Positions 46,101 to 55,802 of a DNA stretch of 64,000 nt are shown here, one piece after another. The first letter of the stretch is position 1; each line of letters begins with the position of its first letter. The notes below the pieces were generated by a model. The model saw nothing but the letters and a program-made list of their open reading frames with translations, was not told where the DNA came from and ran no database searches. The translations under genes and the position numbers were made by a program. The DNA is from Histomonas meleagridis 2922-C6/04-290x (lineage: Eukaryota > Protista > Parabasalia), in the NCBI GenBank assembly GCA_020184695.1, contig JAANOX010000236.1, positions 1-64,000 of the forward strand, in the 5' to 3' direction.

Positions 46101-47802
46101 TTACAAGAACATTTCTAAAAAATGATAAAAATGTATAACATGAAAAGAACTCAATAGGATTTGATAAACAAATCAAATGTATTAATGATACAATTTGATC
46201 TGTTAAATTTAAATCATCAGAATTAAAAAATGTAATTTGTAAATCTTCGATTAATTGTGATCGAATAAATATTCGGACAAAATCATATTGATAATTATTT
46301 GTCAAATATGCCTTAAATAATGGTAAGAAATGTAATAAGCGTGGAAATTCTTTTTCTTTAATGTTTTGTGATATATAATATATTATATTACTTAAGTTTT
46401 TATTATTATCTGATGAAATTTTATATAAAAAATTCAAGAAAATGTTTTGGAAATTTAAATATTTGTTTTCAGATAAGTTTATAGGAAAACATATCTTAAA
46501 TACATTTGTTTTTGAAAAAACTTGTAAAAATTGTAATATCGAATCAGAAATAATTTCATATAAAGATAAAAATAAAACATATGAAATATATATTTGTTCA
46601 TTTTCTTTATAATTATCTAAAACAGATAAAAATATCTCTAAAAGTGTTAAAACTGAATTTTCTGCATTTTCAAACAAGTAATGTAATTGAATTATATAAC
46701 ATTTAAATGTATTATTGGGATTAACATAGATAATCCATTCTTCATAATTAAATTCTTTAATAGTTTTATAATGTTCATCATTAGAATAAGAAGTCGGATC
46801 AACGTTTTTAGATAAATAACATGCGATTGATGAAATATATAAATAAATCGAATGGAAATCTAAATATTTTAATATGTGTTGGAATAAAATAATACCTTCA
46901 AATGCAAACATTTGTGATTTAGTTGGAATGTGTTCAATTATCTTTTGAAAAAATCCGACAAATATTTTAGCGATACTTAAATATGTTTTATGATCTAATG
47001 AATTAATAACTGTTGTAACAACATTAAAGAACCCTTTAATATTACCAATTTGTTCATTTAATATATCTGAATCTAAATAGTCAAGTAAGGAATTAAAAGA
47101 ACTTAATATAAAATTCAATAACTTTGATGTGCCTTGTTGAATTTCGTTGCAAAAATATGGAATTATTGTGGAAATTATGGTGAAAAATGATGATCGTAAT
47201 GGATTATCTTTGGGTAATTGTATAATCCGTTCATGTGGATAATACGCTTGAAGAAATGTATCAATGATTTGAATGGTATATGTAAAATATGTCGGATTTT
47301 CACTTAAGAGATATACTAATGGAAAATGAATAAGTTCCCAACATTGCTGTGGAAATTTTGGATTAATTTCATGATTAAGTTCTGAGGTTACAAACGTTTT
47401 TAATTGCCATGATAAAGAAATAAATCCTCGAAGAATAAATTGTGGTAAAAACTCGGAATTGGGGGATTTTTTATCAGCTTGATTGGATTCAACAGAAAAC
47501 TTTGAAAGTACAAATAAATGAATTAATGGAACATCTCGAAAATGAAATAAATTAGCTAGGTTTTCATCGAGTTCTTCTGGTGTTTTGGATTCATTTATAA
47601 CTTTTCGTACATCTCTCATTGGAGTTGGCGTATAATTAAATTCATAGAAAAATTGATCAATTGGAAGTTGATTACGAGGGTTTACCATAACTAAATTTGC
47701 TTGCTTTGTATAAAATTCTATCCAGCAAGCATGAGCTTTAGTCCCTCCTTTTTGTTCTAAAAGAGAATATACATTATATATGCTTTTCACCCAGTTTTCC
47801 AT
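40117..47802 (-). CDS. BEACH-domain protein (PH-BEACH-WD40)
   Basis: LWQNHLITNFQYLFYLNLLSGRSFHNLSQYPVYPWII, YRTHYSS, DFRELTPEFF, LESEYVSQNLPKWIDLIFGY, WD40 (LVTGGSDCAVCIY). Confidence 0.95.
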   Translation of the reverse strand: MENWVKSIYNVYSLLEQKGGTKAHACWIEFYTKQANLVMVNPRNQLPIDQFFYEFNYTPTPMRDVRKVINESKTPEELDENLANLFHFRDVPLIHLFVLSKFSVESNQADKKSPNSEFLPQFILRGFISLSWQLKTFVTSELNHEINPKFPQQCWELIHFPLVYLLSENPTYFTYTIQIIDTFLQAYYPHERIIQLPKDNPLRSSFFTIISTIIPYFCNEIQQGTSKLLNFILSSFNSLLDYLDSDILNEQIGNIKGFFNVVTTVINSLDHKTYLSIAKIFVGFFQKIIEHIPTKSQMFAFEGIILFQHILKYLDFHSIYLYISSIACYLSKNVDPTSYSNDEHYKTIKEFNYEEWIIYVNPNNTFKCYIIQLHYLFENAENSVLTLLEIFLSVLDNYKENEQIYISYVLFLSLYEIISDSILQFLQVFSKTNVFKICFPINLSENKYLNFQNIFLNFLYKISSDNNKNLSNIIYYISQNIKEKEFPRLLHFLPLFKAYLTNNYQYDFVRIFIRSQLIEDLQITFFNSDDLNLTDQIVSLIHLICLSNPIEFFSCYTFLSFFRNVLVIERYQKSLSQCIKLGLSIPVMERSENGTKAIKEVIDLIIGVFHQSEFDQTTHNLSLILIGYLRDLILSIDQEVFNEKIEILDLISRIPGIIQTTESFSISLEFFISLFNRYPLFIHKTNNDLINIYRNLELKIDKIEITEKIIHLLFCLILNIITINKDEFNIYKINNRGALKLLLLIGQNFKFENEILTFLKNICEVSIINIYECFQCDIIGFLLDKMNSEIYFIQALSLFRLIGSYFFSSLALYQTFKALNIDENKKLGLKHQHLLGAFLSIASDYKPYPSSSFFIFDGNKTGILTENIDSNYFLFPFSVMFTFFLRKLNNEIMTFFTIYENQINYINFNVNKNGFILNIFNDNQNFNFLIKTNLKVKQWYTIIIIFNQNNFQVQLNNNLFEPISLPKIIFNNKMKVSIGYSLITDSNNFFGEIGPIFFIKSNVITKINKKYQKFSLFKIPKQCVFLKYMPWMVDIYSNEINDVKEEGDKCQFNGCSVPLCSTVYNVIQFDGIFQYILPLFLLVNYLDVNVNQQADQLFHQILLIFRYILTLSDHHQNLFEEIGGFMLLSGIFSNLDVKCFSNIVLIDLFVIYKALNNHKLKEEMLKFIWLNFSLWYKMSYEFQLKLYHIISEEILLEPNFQYTDSISILLGSLLYQFQISYNEIHDYPIFKFSFNNSSKIQKQNYHIEITNEQKTQITDLQWKLLEKCINIAAKPSIFLSILMIASYHNSINIRILSLNLILHFLKLQNQILIDALLITDVYLNFINMINDDDEIVLLVIECIFLIGKLEKEGKFYSKEMNFDEAILYITKTIKKSTDKLLEQIFLYLYDETNLDNEFIVKEQPFVHPEFLPLLFQVSQYYQNKEMNLNILKTKIEYSFSAYIQSSLKFFQKDIWCYLLFLFACNCHKPSKSFIQNLSQFFINVLYQLFIIDEYQLDKFITFIDSIQLFDICNISQLKSSFFEMLLSKSNSEHLDDEHLIKFLIPAITHIFYGPFIQKENLPNFNDYPNNITIEKYFDYVEDKSNDISSISRLPIEFKGTYVKENWPDASLAIHINYSLLTLIQNNHISIELFPTLEFNIFSLFIYLNSLTSKSFNSNSNLQHKQCYEEFLDCLSRKISNGLELPNELNQKIEFDLMFSVKIYHGLFVDKISNLITKYNKFMKNNNISMENLINSNDNFVLFIEAQSKNELHLYLHNIKLAVSFFREVFNNGGPWSKTTLLKKWKSIPKLDLIGRNLFMKINRNFDDHKNASRLRDSIKVIDNNEEENEPIIPYKRVLDQSFNNTHTLVVEKKKVSASFKVILIQLTKQFSGNIYISDNTIVFNGKKIADDNFGNSIINQKDITYKYFEIAYKNIEIILHRQYLHSDIGCEIFTNIGNSYLFTFETTENRNKFLHNAKKMFDKPDYNNSSLFEPIQKALNGFVQTIPSIDLFAKSNITKLWQNHLITNFQYLFYLNLLSGRSFHNLSQYPVYPWIIKDYDSETIDLNDPSIYRDLSKPIGALNQRRLETLRNLMGEITDPTQKCLYRTHYSSAAVVVGYLIRLEPFSSLHIKLQDGKYDFPERLFRSISGAWKNIVSTSMDFRELTPEFFCNPYFLVNRNGFDLGKLNGDVVDDVILPNWAKTPYEFIEIHRQALESEYVSQNLPKWIDLIFGYHQYSPECDNVFHLFTYSDRIAEFKTDETMDTLINQHVANFGKMPTRLFNNAHPMRLSLKPTSFSIIQPQLDDSIIFMKNGYILTSKMVLINLLKDQSSQEIKDQKNGTFDISYPFFFHVPLRGTHVKILNLKTDFETTLFSYKKSIINCITVAGDRYLVTGGSDCAVCIYNLKTLSIVGSFALHLLPIVAIESNLTLDIIVSIDEGHDVFFTSLRRRRFIYKFTLENMKNAIHMIRIFPSGIIAISCYFPGDSNTTVLLYDLCATLIGSVQISGIVEVMLGLTTSDCKDFIIFSTSNKTIYVYECSTLKMVKKVSDSIFSNLICTIGQERKVIAVGSKQKAILVYDF

Positions 47803-48352
47803 TGTTCAGTTGAACGTTTAGGAAACTGTCACCAAACGATGATGTTTAATTAAAAAAGTTTTGCGTTTTTTTGGTTTTCAATTAGTGCACTTCCTAAATG
47901 CAAAAGTCAAAAACAAAATATTCATTGATTAAACATTTGGATTTGTTAAAAATCTGATACATGTTGATTTATTCATAGAAAGAAAAAAATTCAATATCTA
48001 ATTTCAAAACATAATAAATTCGTCTTCAAAAAAACCAGACTTAAGAAGTTGTCAATTTCCAATTTTTTCTGTCATTTTTTCAACATATTGAAAAATTCCC
48101 CAATTTCAATGTGCCAAAAATTAAAATTCCTCAACATTTCCCAAGTCTAAACAAAACTAACAAAATGTTTTAAAATTTATATATATCGTAGAATGAGTTT
48201 ATTAGAAAATCATTATAAAATTTAGAACTGTTATAAATTAATTTCACATGATATATTTGACTTAGGTTTTCTTTGGACCAAAAATCTCCATTGGATAAAC
48301 AGTTGTACCAGTAGTGGTTTTTGGATGATTTATCAGGTAAATTGAAATATAA

Positions 48353-48598
48353 TTATTTTGCATTTTCCAAAAACTTTTCAATTTGCTTAATTCGATAAGA
48401 CGCTGGAATGGAATATTCTTCTTGAAACTCTTCCCCAAATTTATTATATTCTGCCGCTGCATCAACAAGTATTGGAAGAACAAATTTTGCAATTTTCTCA
48501 TCGATTTGACGATTATTATCAGCTTGAGTATCTTCTTGTTTTGATTGAGTTGGAATATTTTCGAAAGGATAATCAAAGCAAAAGTTATTTTTGCTCAT
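48353..48598 (-). CDS. Small hypothetical protein divergent from Aurora; frame continues ~50 codons past the TAA
   Basis: 81-aa ATG ORF. After the TAA the same frame reads LYFNLPDKSSKNHYWYNCLSNGDFWSKENL... Confidence 0.4.
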   Translation of the reverse strand: MSKNNFCFDYPFENIPTQSKQEDTQADNNRQIDEKIAKFVLPILVDAAAEYNKFGEEFQEEYSIPASYRIKQIEKFLENAK

Positions 48599-48673
48599 TC
48601 TGGTAATTATTTTTGAGCCACCCCAAAATAAATTTCTGAATATTAAAAATTACGTTTATAATTTCAAATACAA

Positions 48674-49576
48674 ATGAAAAGAGAATTAATTTCAAGTCGA
48701 GAAAATCGAAATATAATCAATCAACCAGCAACTCAGAATAAGCAAGCATACTCCCAATCAGTTTCTACAAAGAGATGGACATTAGATGATTTTGAAATTG
48801 GTAGACCACTTGGTACTGGTAAATTTGGACGAGTTTATCTTGCTCGTGAAAAGCGAACGCACTATATAGTAGCACTTAAAGTTCTTTATAAGTCACAAAT
48901 TCAACAAGCTGGTGTTGAACATCAACTTCGCCGTGAAATAGAGATTCAATCACATCTATGTCATCCACATATTCTTCGACTTTATGGATATTTTTATGAT
49001 CAAACGCGTGTATATATTATTCTTGAATATGCTTCTGAAGGGGAACTTTTTAAACTCCTTCGAGAAAAAGGACATTTTGATGAACCAACATCAGCTAAAT
49101 ACATAATGCAAATTGTTGATGCTGTTTCATATTGTCATTCCAAGCATGTTATTCATCGAGATATTAAACCTGAGAATATTTTAATTAGTTCCAACGGGTC
49201 ATTAAAACTTGCAGACTTTGGTTGGTCTGTTCATGCGCCAACAAATCGTCGTACTACACTTTGCGGTACACTTGATTATCTTTCGCCTGAAATGATCGAA
49301 GGTCATGAACATGATGAAAGTGTCGACATTTGGAGCATCGGAGTGTTATTATATGAAATACTCGTTGGTTCTCCACCATTTGAAGCTCCCAAACAACGCG
49401 ATACTTGTCAAAGGATTAAAGCAGTGGACCTTAAGTTTCCTGATGGCATATCGAACGAGGCAAGAGATTTAATTAGTTGTTTGCTACAGCATGATCCTGA
49501 AAAAAGAATGCCTTTATCAGAGGTAAGAAAACACAATTGGATTGTGTGTAATTTAGGACCTAATCTGAATGAATAA
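48674..49576 (+). CDS. Aurora kinase
   Basis: [55 protein letters not shown]...[15 protein letters not shown]. Confidence 0.96.
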   Translation: MKRELISSRENRNIINQPATQNKQAYSQSVSTKRWTLDDFEIGRPLGTGKFGRVYLAREKRTHYIVALKVLYKSQIQQAGVEHQLRREIEIQSHLCHPHILRLYGYFYDQTRVYIILEYASEGELFKLLREKGHFDEPTSAKYIMQIVDAVSYCHSKHVIHRDIKPENILISSNGSLKLADFGWSVHAPTNRRTTLCGTLDYLSPEMIEGHEHDESVDIWSIGVLLYEILVGSPPFEAPKQRDTCQRIKAVDLKFPDGISNEARDLISCLLQHDPEKRMPLSEVRKHNWIVCNLGPNLNE

Positions 49577-49810
49577 AAATTGGATTTAATATAATGTTTT
49601 TATTTTGTTTATGATAAAAATGATTTTATTGATTTTTTAATATAAATTTTTAGTAAATTAATGGATTTGAGTAATAATGTGAAGTAAACAAATGGGTGGA
49701 TCAAAATAAACCATATAATCGTTTCAATTAGATTGAAAAAATTGAGAATGGTTTGAGAACAAATTCATTTTTTAATAAACTATTCAATATAGGCGTACTT
49801 CTTCGAATTC

Positions 49811-51292
49811 ATGATTGGCTATAAATTTTCTGATAAAAAGGAAAAAAGAACTTATTCTAGATTTGACAAAGAAGGTAGTGCAAATGAATTATCTGTAGAT
49901 GAAAAAGAAAATTTAAATCCAAAAGAAATTCCCCGAGATTGTTATCCTGCTTTCCAAAATCTTTTAGAAAGCTATCAAAATCAAGACTTTGACAATGTTT
50001 CTAAAATTATAGTAGATATAATACAACCTTTTTTCAATCACTTTTCCCCAAGCGATCAAACATATTCTTTTTTTGTTCAGCATGAAATTGGTAAAATATT
50101 CTATGAAATCATAGAAAACAGAACTACAGAATCTCTTTTTGAGGATGTTATATGGTCTCTTAATTTTTTTTTCCGATCTGCTCGCTTTGAAGAACGCTAT
50201 GAAATAACTAATGACCTCATCACAAATGGTCTTGTCGAACTTCTTATTATGCAAAAGGGTTCTATTCCCGATTCTATTTTGCATGATTATTTTAATCTTC
50301 TTGCAAACATTTGTTTTATATCTAAGGAATCTCGAGATAAATTAATTAATCTCTTTACAATCGAATACTTTGAAGGTTTTCTCCAAAATGAAAACGAACA
50401 TCTTGTTAAAAGCATATCTTTTCTTATTCGAAGTTTTACTGAGTATGAACTTGAGCTTGAACAATACGAAATATTTTATCGATGGGTCATTGATTATTTT
50501 ATTAATAATTGTAAATCATTTAGCGAAAAGTTAATATATGAATTTTTACGCGCTATTGGTAACATTATTCATTATCATGGCAGTAAAGAAAAACATGTAC
50601 TTGATTATCTTTTTAAGCAATTTTTCCAAAATATCATTGAAGAAATCTTAGTTAATTTTAGTAAAACATATTATATAATACAGGAGTCATTATACATAGC
50701 AAGAAAAATGGTAAAATATAATGCATCACAAATAGGTTTTGATCATAATATACTTTTAGCTTTATCAAGATCAAGTAATGTTAATAATGCTTCATCTGCA
50801 TTAGAACTTATTTCGATAATTATTGAAAAAAAAGAAAATATTTCGCCATATAATGATGAGACTTCAATTAATACAATTATAAATGTCCTTCAAGATGGAT
50901 GTTTTCATGTTAGATTTAATGCTTTAAAGTGCGTTTATTCAATGTTAAATGTAGCATTTGAATATCAAAAAATTCAACTTGGAGAAATAATAATTCCTTC
51001 GTTAGTTGGATTCTTTGAAGATTGTGATGATTTAGAAATAAAAAGAAAAATTTTGATTATTTTGGATCATTTTCTGTTCGTTGGACAAAGATCCAGAGAT
51101 ATAAATGTCTTTTTCCCTTTGCTAAAAGAAACTGGATTTTTGGAAATAATTTATAATTTGCGTGATGATGTCGATTTGGGTGATTTGATAGATAAAATTA
51201 TAGAAGAATATTTCGACCAATTCGTCGAAGAAGAAGAAGAAGAAAGAGAAATAGAATATGAAAATGAAAATCAATGGGTTTCATGGGAATGA
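49811..51292 (+). CDS. ARM/HEAT-repeat protein (importin-alpha-like helical repeat)
   Basis: 493-aa helical ORF with ARM-like W..N / LLAN patterns and an acidic C-terminus. Confidence 0.55.
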   Translation: MIGYKFSDKKEKRTYSRFDKEGSANELSVDEKENLNPKEIPRDCYPAFQNLLESYQNQDFDNVSKIIVDIIQPFFNHFSPSDQTYSFFVQHEIGKIFYEIIENRTTESLFEDVIWSLNFFFRSARFEERYEITNDLITNGLVELLIMQKGSIPDSILHDYFNLLANICFISKESRDKLINLFTIEYFEGFLQNENEHLVKSISFLIRSFTEYELELEQYEIFYRWVIDYFINNCKSFSEKLIYEFLRAIGNIIHYHGSKEKHVLDYLFKQFFQNIIEEILVNFSKTYYIIQESLYIARKMVKYNASQIGFDHNILLALSRSSNVNNASSALELISIIIEKKENISPYNDETSINTIINVLQDGCFHVRFNALKCVYSMLNVAFEYQKIQLGEIIIPSLVGFFEDCDDLEIKRKILIILDHFLFVGQRSRDINVFFPLLKETGFLEIIYNLRDDVDLGDLIDKIIEEYFDQFVEEEEEEREIEYENENQWVSWE

Positions 51293-51769
51293 AAAAATCT
51301 TTATAAATGTTTATTTAAGTATTATAATTATAATATTATTAAAAAAAAAATTTTTTTATCCACATGTTTTATATTTTAAATACCAAATTATTTAAATGTA
51401 AATGTACTATTTTTGTTTTGGTTTTTTCAATAAAGAAGTGGAAGATAATTAGAAAGTAGCATATATGAATGGGAAAGATAACTAACAGTCTTTCCCTTTA
51501 ACTCATGAAAAGTATCATATCGAGTTTTAGAAATATATATATAATAAGCAATCTATGATTTAAAAAATGAAAATATTAAAGCAATAATTGTAAAGGTATT
51601 GAAGTTAAGTGAATCAAATTTATACTATTCATTTTATCATGATATTTTCCATACTATATTAACTTCGTTCACCAAAGAATTTAAAATATATCTTGATGTC
51701 TTTAAGTCATTCATAACATGAATTGGATTTATGTATATGTCAAAATACACTTATGATGGACCCAATTAG

Positions 51770-52200
51770 AAAGGTTTAACCGAAATTGTTAGGTTACTTC
51801 TCGATGAAGAAATTGATATCAATGCAAGTACTATTCGTTTATTTTTCTTAATACATATGTAAGAGATTTTGAAGTATTTTTAAAATATTTAGAATACCAC
51901 TTATATATGGATCTGAAAGAGGTAATATAAAAGTTGTGCAATTGCTTTTCAAACATAGAAAGATTGATGAAAATGTTCATAATAATTTTTATTTTAAAAC
52001 AATTTATATTTCAAAACAATATTTGGGAAATATTACGAAAGTTTAAAACAGAACATATTGAAGTATCTGAAAATAGATATATCATGTACACAAAAAATAC
52101 ATGGAATTTATTTGAGTCCTTTATTGGCAAAAAAAATGATCACATAGAAATTGCCAAATTAATTCTTTCTTATAAAAAATCAATGAACAATTCAAAAATG
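51770..52200 (+). pseudogene. Ankyrin-repeat gene fragment with two conserved spacers
   Basis: GLTEIVRLLLDEEIDINAST / RIPLIYGSERGNIKVVQLLFKHRKIDENVHN / KTEHI..., separated by spacers 51833-51890 and 51984-52044. Confidence 0.65.
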
Positions 52201-52269
52201 ATTTTAAACCCAAATTCAATATTTATATTTTTTTTACTGTATGAAATTATGCAACTGGAATTAGATTCA

Positions 52270-52893
52270 TCATTTTAAATTTACAATCATATAATTCAGA
52301 AGATTTTTCAAAATCTCTTTCATTTTTTTTCTAGGGGTTATAACCCCTGATGTGTAATGAACAACTCGATCTTCAAGAATCTTTCGTGCAAGGCCGAAAT
52401 CTCCTAATTTAATGATATTTTCATTCGCAACAAAAATATTTGCTGGTTTTAAATCACGGTGAACTATATGACTGTCTTGACATATTTTGAGAGCTAATAA
52501 TAATTGTTTAATATATGAAATAATATACATAGGAGTTAAACTAGATCTTGGTTTATCATACAGAAGGCCATAAAGATCGAATTCACAATATTCAAATGAT
52601 AAATAGATTTGATCATCTTTGGTAGAAACAATTTCTTTAAGACCTATAATATTATCATGTTGATGAGATTGTAGAGTGTTTATTTCGCGAGTTGTGTTTA
52701 ATGGAAAACCATCACGAATGGAGTTGGCCTTAGGTAATTGAATTCGCTTAAGAGCTCGAATTTGTCCTTCTTGATCCTTGCATTTATAAACAACTCCATA
52801 AGTTCCAACACCAACCATTTCTATTATTTCGTATTTATCCTTTATATCATCGACTTTGCAGTGGATCGTTTCTTGGACAACGATAAGTGTCAC
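52270..52893 (-). pseudogene. Truncated CDK-family kinase (subdomains I-VII only)
   Basis: GVGTYGVV, DGFPLNTTREI, HRDLKPANI, DFGLAR, YTSGVIT, then no WYRAPE or C-lobe. No ATG at the 5' end (GTG). Confidence 0.8.
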
Positions 52894-53049
52894 TTTTCGA
52901 ATAATTTATTTAATTATAAAGTATCGGCCTTTTTCAAACCGGTTTTGAACAGTTTATGAATAATCAAATTTGATCATCACCCAATTTATTTTCAGCTAAG
53001 CAATATATATGTTGAAGAACTTTCAAAGTGATTGAGAACTCCATAAGGA

Positions 53050-54446
53050 ATTAAATGAAGAAGGAATTAACCAAATGAAATTTCGAAGATAATTCGAAAT
53101 GATGAAATCGAAAAACTTCAATAAATATAATCACAAACAAATGCATACTTTCGTATGTGAGCCTGCACAAGAATATGGTGTTACATCAAATATTAAAAGA
53201 TGTAAAATTCCTATAATTGCCACGTGCACCAAAAATGGCGTTCAAAATTAATGCTGATATCGTGCAATACATAAAGAAGTATGGAATCCCTCAAAAAATA
53301 TTCAGGTTGGCAATTTCCAAGAATTTTCAAATTAATAAAACTTCTCTTATTAAACATTTTTATGAAGATAATAAAATTCCAAAAAATATTTTAGTTTTTT
53401 CTTCAGAATCACAAAATATTGAACTTGTTAAATATTGTTTGAAACAAAAAGGAATTAGTATCAATGCAAAAGATAATTATTTAAATAATATGAAAATTCA
53501 AAATACTATTTGATAGTCATTTATACTATTTAAAACAGCGCTAATAAATGCATCTTATATTGGTCAGTTGGAAATAGTTAAATTACTTGTTGATCAAAAA
53601 AATCTAAAAATAAATCTTAGTGATATTTATATATTTTAATAATTTTATGTTTCAAAATAATATTTGGAAATTATTTAAAATGTTTAACACAGCATTTATT
53701 TATGAATCAAAAAAAGGTCATGTAGAAATAGTTAAAATATTACTTGAACAAAAAGGAATTTATATAAATATTAAAAATATTTTTTTATGATATTGAAATT
53801 TTGTTGATTAAATTTAAAATCTTAAATTAATATTTGAAAGTTATTCAACATATTTAAAACTTCTCTTATTTATGCATCTAAAAATTATAATTTAGAAATA
53901 GTTATATTACTTCTTGAACAAAAAAGCATTGAAATAAATGCAAAAGACAATTATCTCAACAATTGTTTACATTATTTGAAGTTTTATAATATAACTTAAT
54001 ACTTTCAAATAATATTCGGGAATTCACCAAATTATTTAAAACAGCACTTCTTTATGCATCTAAAAAAGGGAATATGCAAATAATCAAATTGCTTCTTGAA
54101 CAAAAAAATCTCAAAATAAATATGTTTGATATTCGTTTTAATAATCTAAAAATTATTTTAATATTTTAATATTTTAATATAATATTTTGAATTTATTCAT
54201 ATTATTTGATACAGCACTTATTTTAGCATCTCTAGAAGGTCATACAGAAATAGTTAAATTACTTCTTGAACAAAAAGAAATTGATATTAATGCTAAAGAC
54301 ATTTATTTGTTTTATTTAATATATATTTTAATAGTTTGTTATTTCAAAGTAATATTTGAAAATTATTTACATTATTTAAAACAGCACTTATATATGCATC
54401 TGCTAATGGTTATACAGGAATAGTTAGATTACTTCAAGAACGATAA
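53050..54446 (+). CDS. Ankyrin-repeat gene with seven ANK blocks interrupted by six non-GT-AG spacers; degenerate N-terminal region
   Basis: Blocks at 53532-53624, 53686-53778, 53856-53948, 54038-54130 and 54208-54300 are each 93 nt and stop-free. The final block ends at TAA 54444-54446. Upstream SKIIRNDEIEKLQ resembles parabasalid DUF3447-type N-termini but contains stops. Confidence 0.6.
53475..54377 (+). repeat. Six related intervening sequences (53475-53531, 53625-53685, 53779-53855, 53949-54037, 54131-54207, 54301-54377)
   Basis: Each begins A(A/T)T and ends in a ~36-nt motif approximating TTTCAAAATAATATTTGRAAATTATTYAHATTATTT. Confidence 0.85.
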
Positions 54447-54750
54447 AGAAATTTATTGCACAACTCATTGCAATGTAAATATATATAAATTTGTTATTGT
54501 TTTCTTTTATTACTTAGACGATACATTTCTTTAAAATTTCTTTAACAATGTTTTTCATCATCTATGCCTCTGAGCCCAAATGGTCCATTACCATAGCCAA
54601 ACTATTGACTCCATAGCCATTTTTGTTAAGAGCCAAAAGTCGCACCCCCAAAAGTCAACTTTTTGATTAAATGTATTGAAAAAATTTAATGAGTTCTATC
54701 AATTTTTTTTTTGAGAACAAGAATGCAGCATTTAATATTCCCATTTACAA

Positions 54751-55362
54751 ATGTGCAAGGAGGTATTTACAACTATCTTTGCCGCAATGATGTTACTTGT
54801 CCCAGTGATTTTGATTTGTATATCTGGGGTTGGTTATGGTTATTTTAAAAATTTCATTTTTTTCGATGCTTTTGATATCAAACTAAAAATATTGTATGGA
54901 TGCGGAATTGGAATTGGATTAATACTACTTATTGTTACTTTCACAATTTTCGCGAAACCTATATTATGGGTTCATTATTTATTTTCATTTCCTGCTTTTA
55001 TAATAATACTTTCACTTTATATGTATTATTCTGAAGTTGGTCAATCATCTCGATATGAGGTATCTATTGATAATGATTGGGTTCAAAATTCAACTACTCT
55101 CATTAATCTTCAATTCGAGGTCAAATGTTGCGGTTGGAATAATTCAGCAGACAGAGGAATTAGAAAATGCCCATTTGAATTTGAGTCTGGTTGTGTTCAT
55201 TTATTTTTAGATTATTTACAACCAAGAAATCATGAGGTTTATGTTACAACAATAGTAATGCATGTTTTTTTCTATACCTCCGCAATTTTCTTACACATAA
55301 TGATTTGCGTGGTACGTGAAACCAATCTGTACAAATATATTTTCCCATTTTGTTTGTTTTAA
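54751..55362 (+). CDS. Tetraspanin
   Basis: Four TMs; large loop with KCCGW and later Cys residues (CPFEFESGC). Confidence 0.88.
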   Translation: MCKEVFTTIFAAMMLLVPVILICISGVGYGYFKNFIFFDAFDIKLKILYGCGIGIGLILLIVTFTIFAKPILWVHYLFSFPAFIIILSLYMYYSEVGQSSRYEVSIDNDWVQNSTTLINLQFEVKCCGWNNSADRGIRKCPFEFESGCVHLFLDYLQPRNHEVYVTTIVMHVFFYTSAIFLHIMICVVRETNLYKYIFPFCLF

Positions 55363-55802
55363 TTCAAAGCCAAAGAAACAAATGTAATAAAAACTGTTTC
55401 TTTTTTCTTTTTTTTACATTAATAAAAATATACGAATCATTCATAATAACTTTGAAATCAATTAGCTTGCTGACAATTAGTTACCTAAACCTCTGTTTTA
55501 TTGTGGTAATAAAAATATATTTGATATAAATTTTTTATTTGTTGTCATTTAATTGTTTTTATTTCCTTATTAAATAACAATAATAATACATAAACAACTA
55601 AAATAAAATCGAAAAAATAAGATATGATCAAGCTTGTAAAACGTAGAAAAATAAATTAAGTTTGTATTGGACAGCAGTGAATTAGTAACACATAAAAATA
55701 TTGAGAATTTGTTGTTTTGTTCGAGAATTTGGTGATTTGGCGTGTGAATTTTTTAACGTTCTCCGTATTCCAGTTGTTTACATCCTAATTCCTTTATAAA
55801 AA

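Noticed and set aside
53475-54377. AAAACAG after the ankyrin spacers as canonical 3' splice sites
   Set aside because: ACAG is simply the Thr-Ala codons of the xTAL motif. It is absent after two spacers (AAAACTT, AGAATAC), there is no matching GT donor, and using it would delete the conserved Thr.
53475-54377. AT-AC (U12-type) or CRISPR-like interpretation of the spacers
   Set aside because: Only one spacer has a suitable AC and that splice creates a stop. No ATATCC donor is present. The genome is eukaryotic and the alternating segments are protein-coding repeats.
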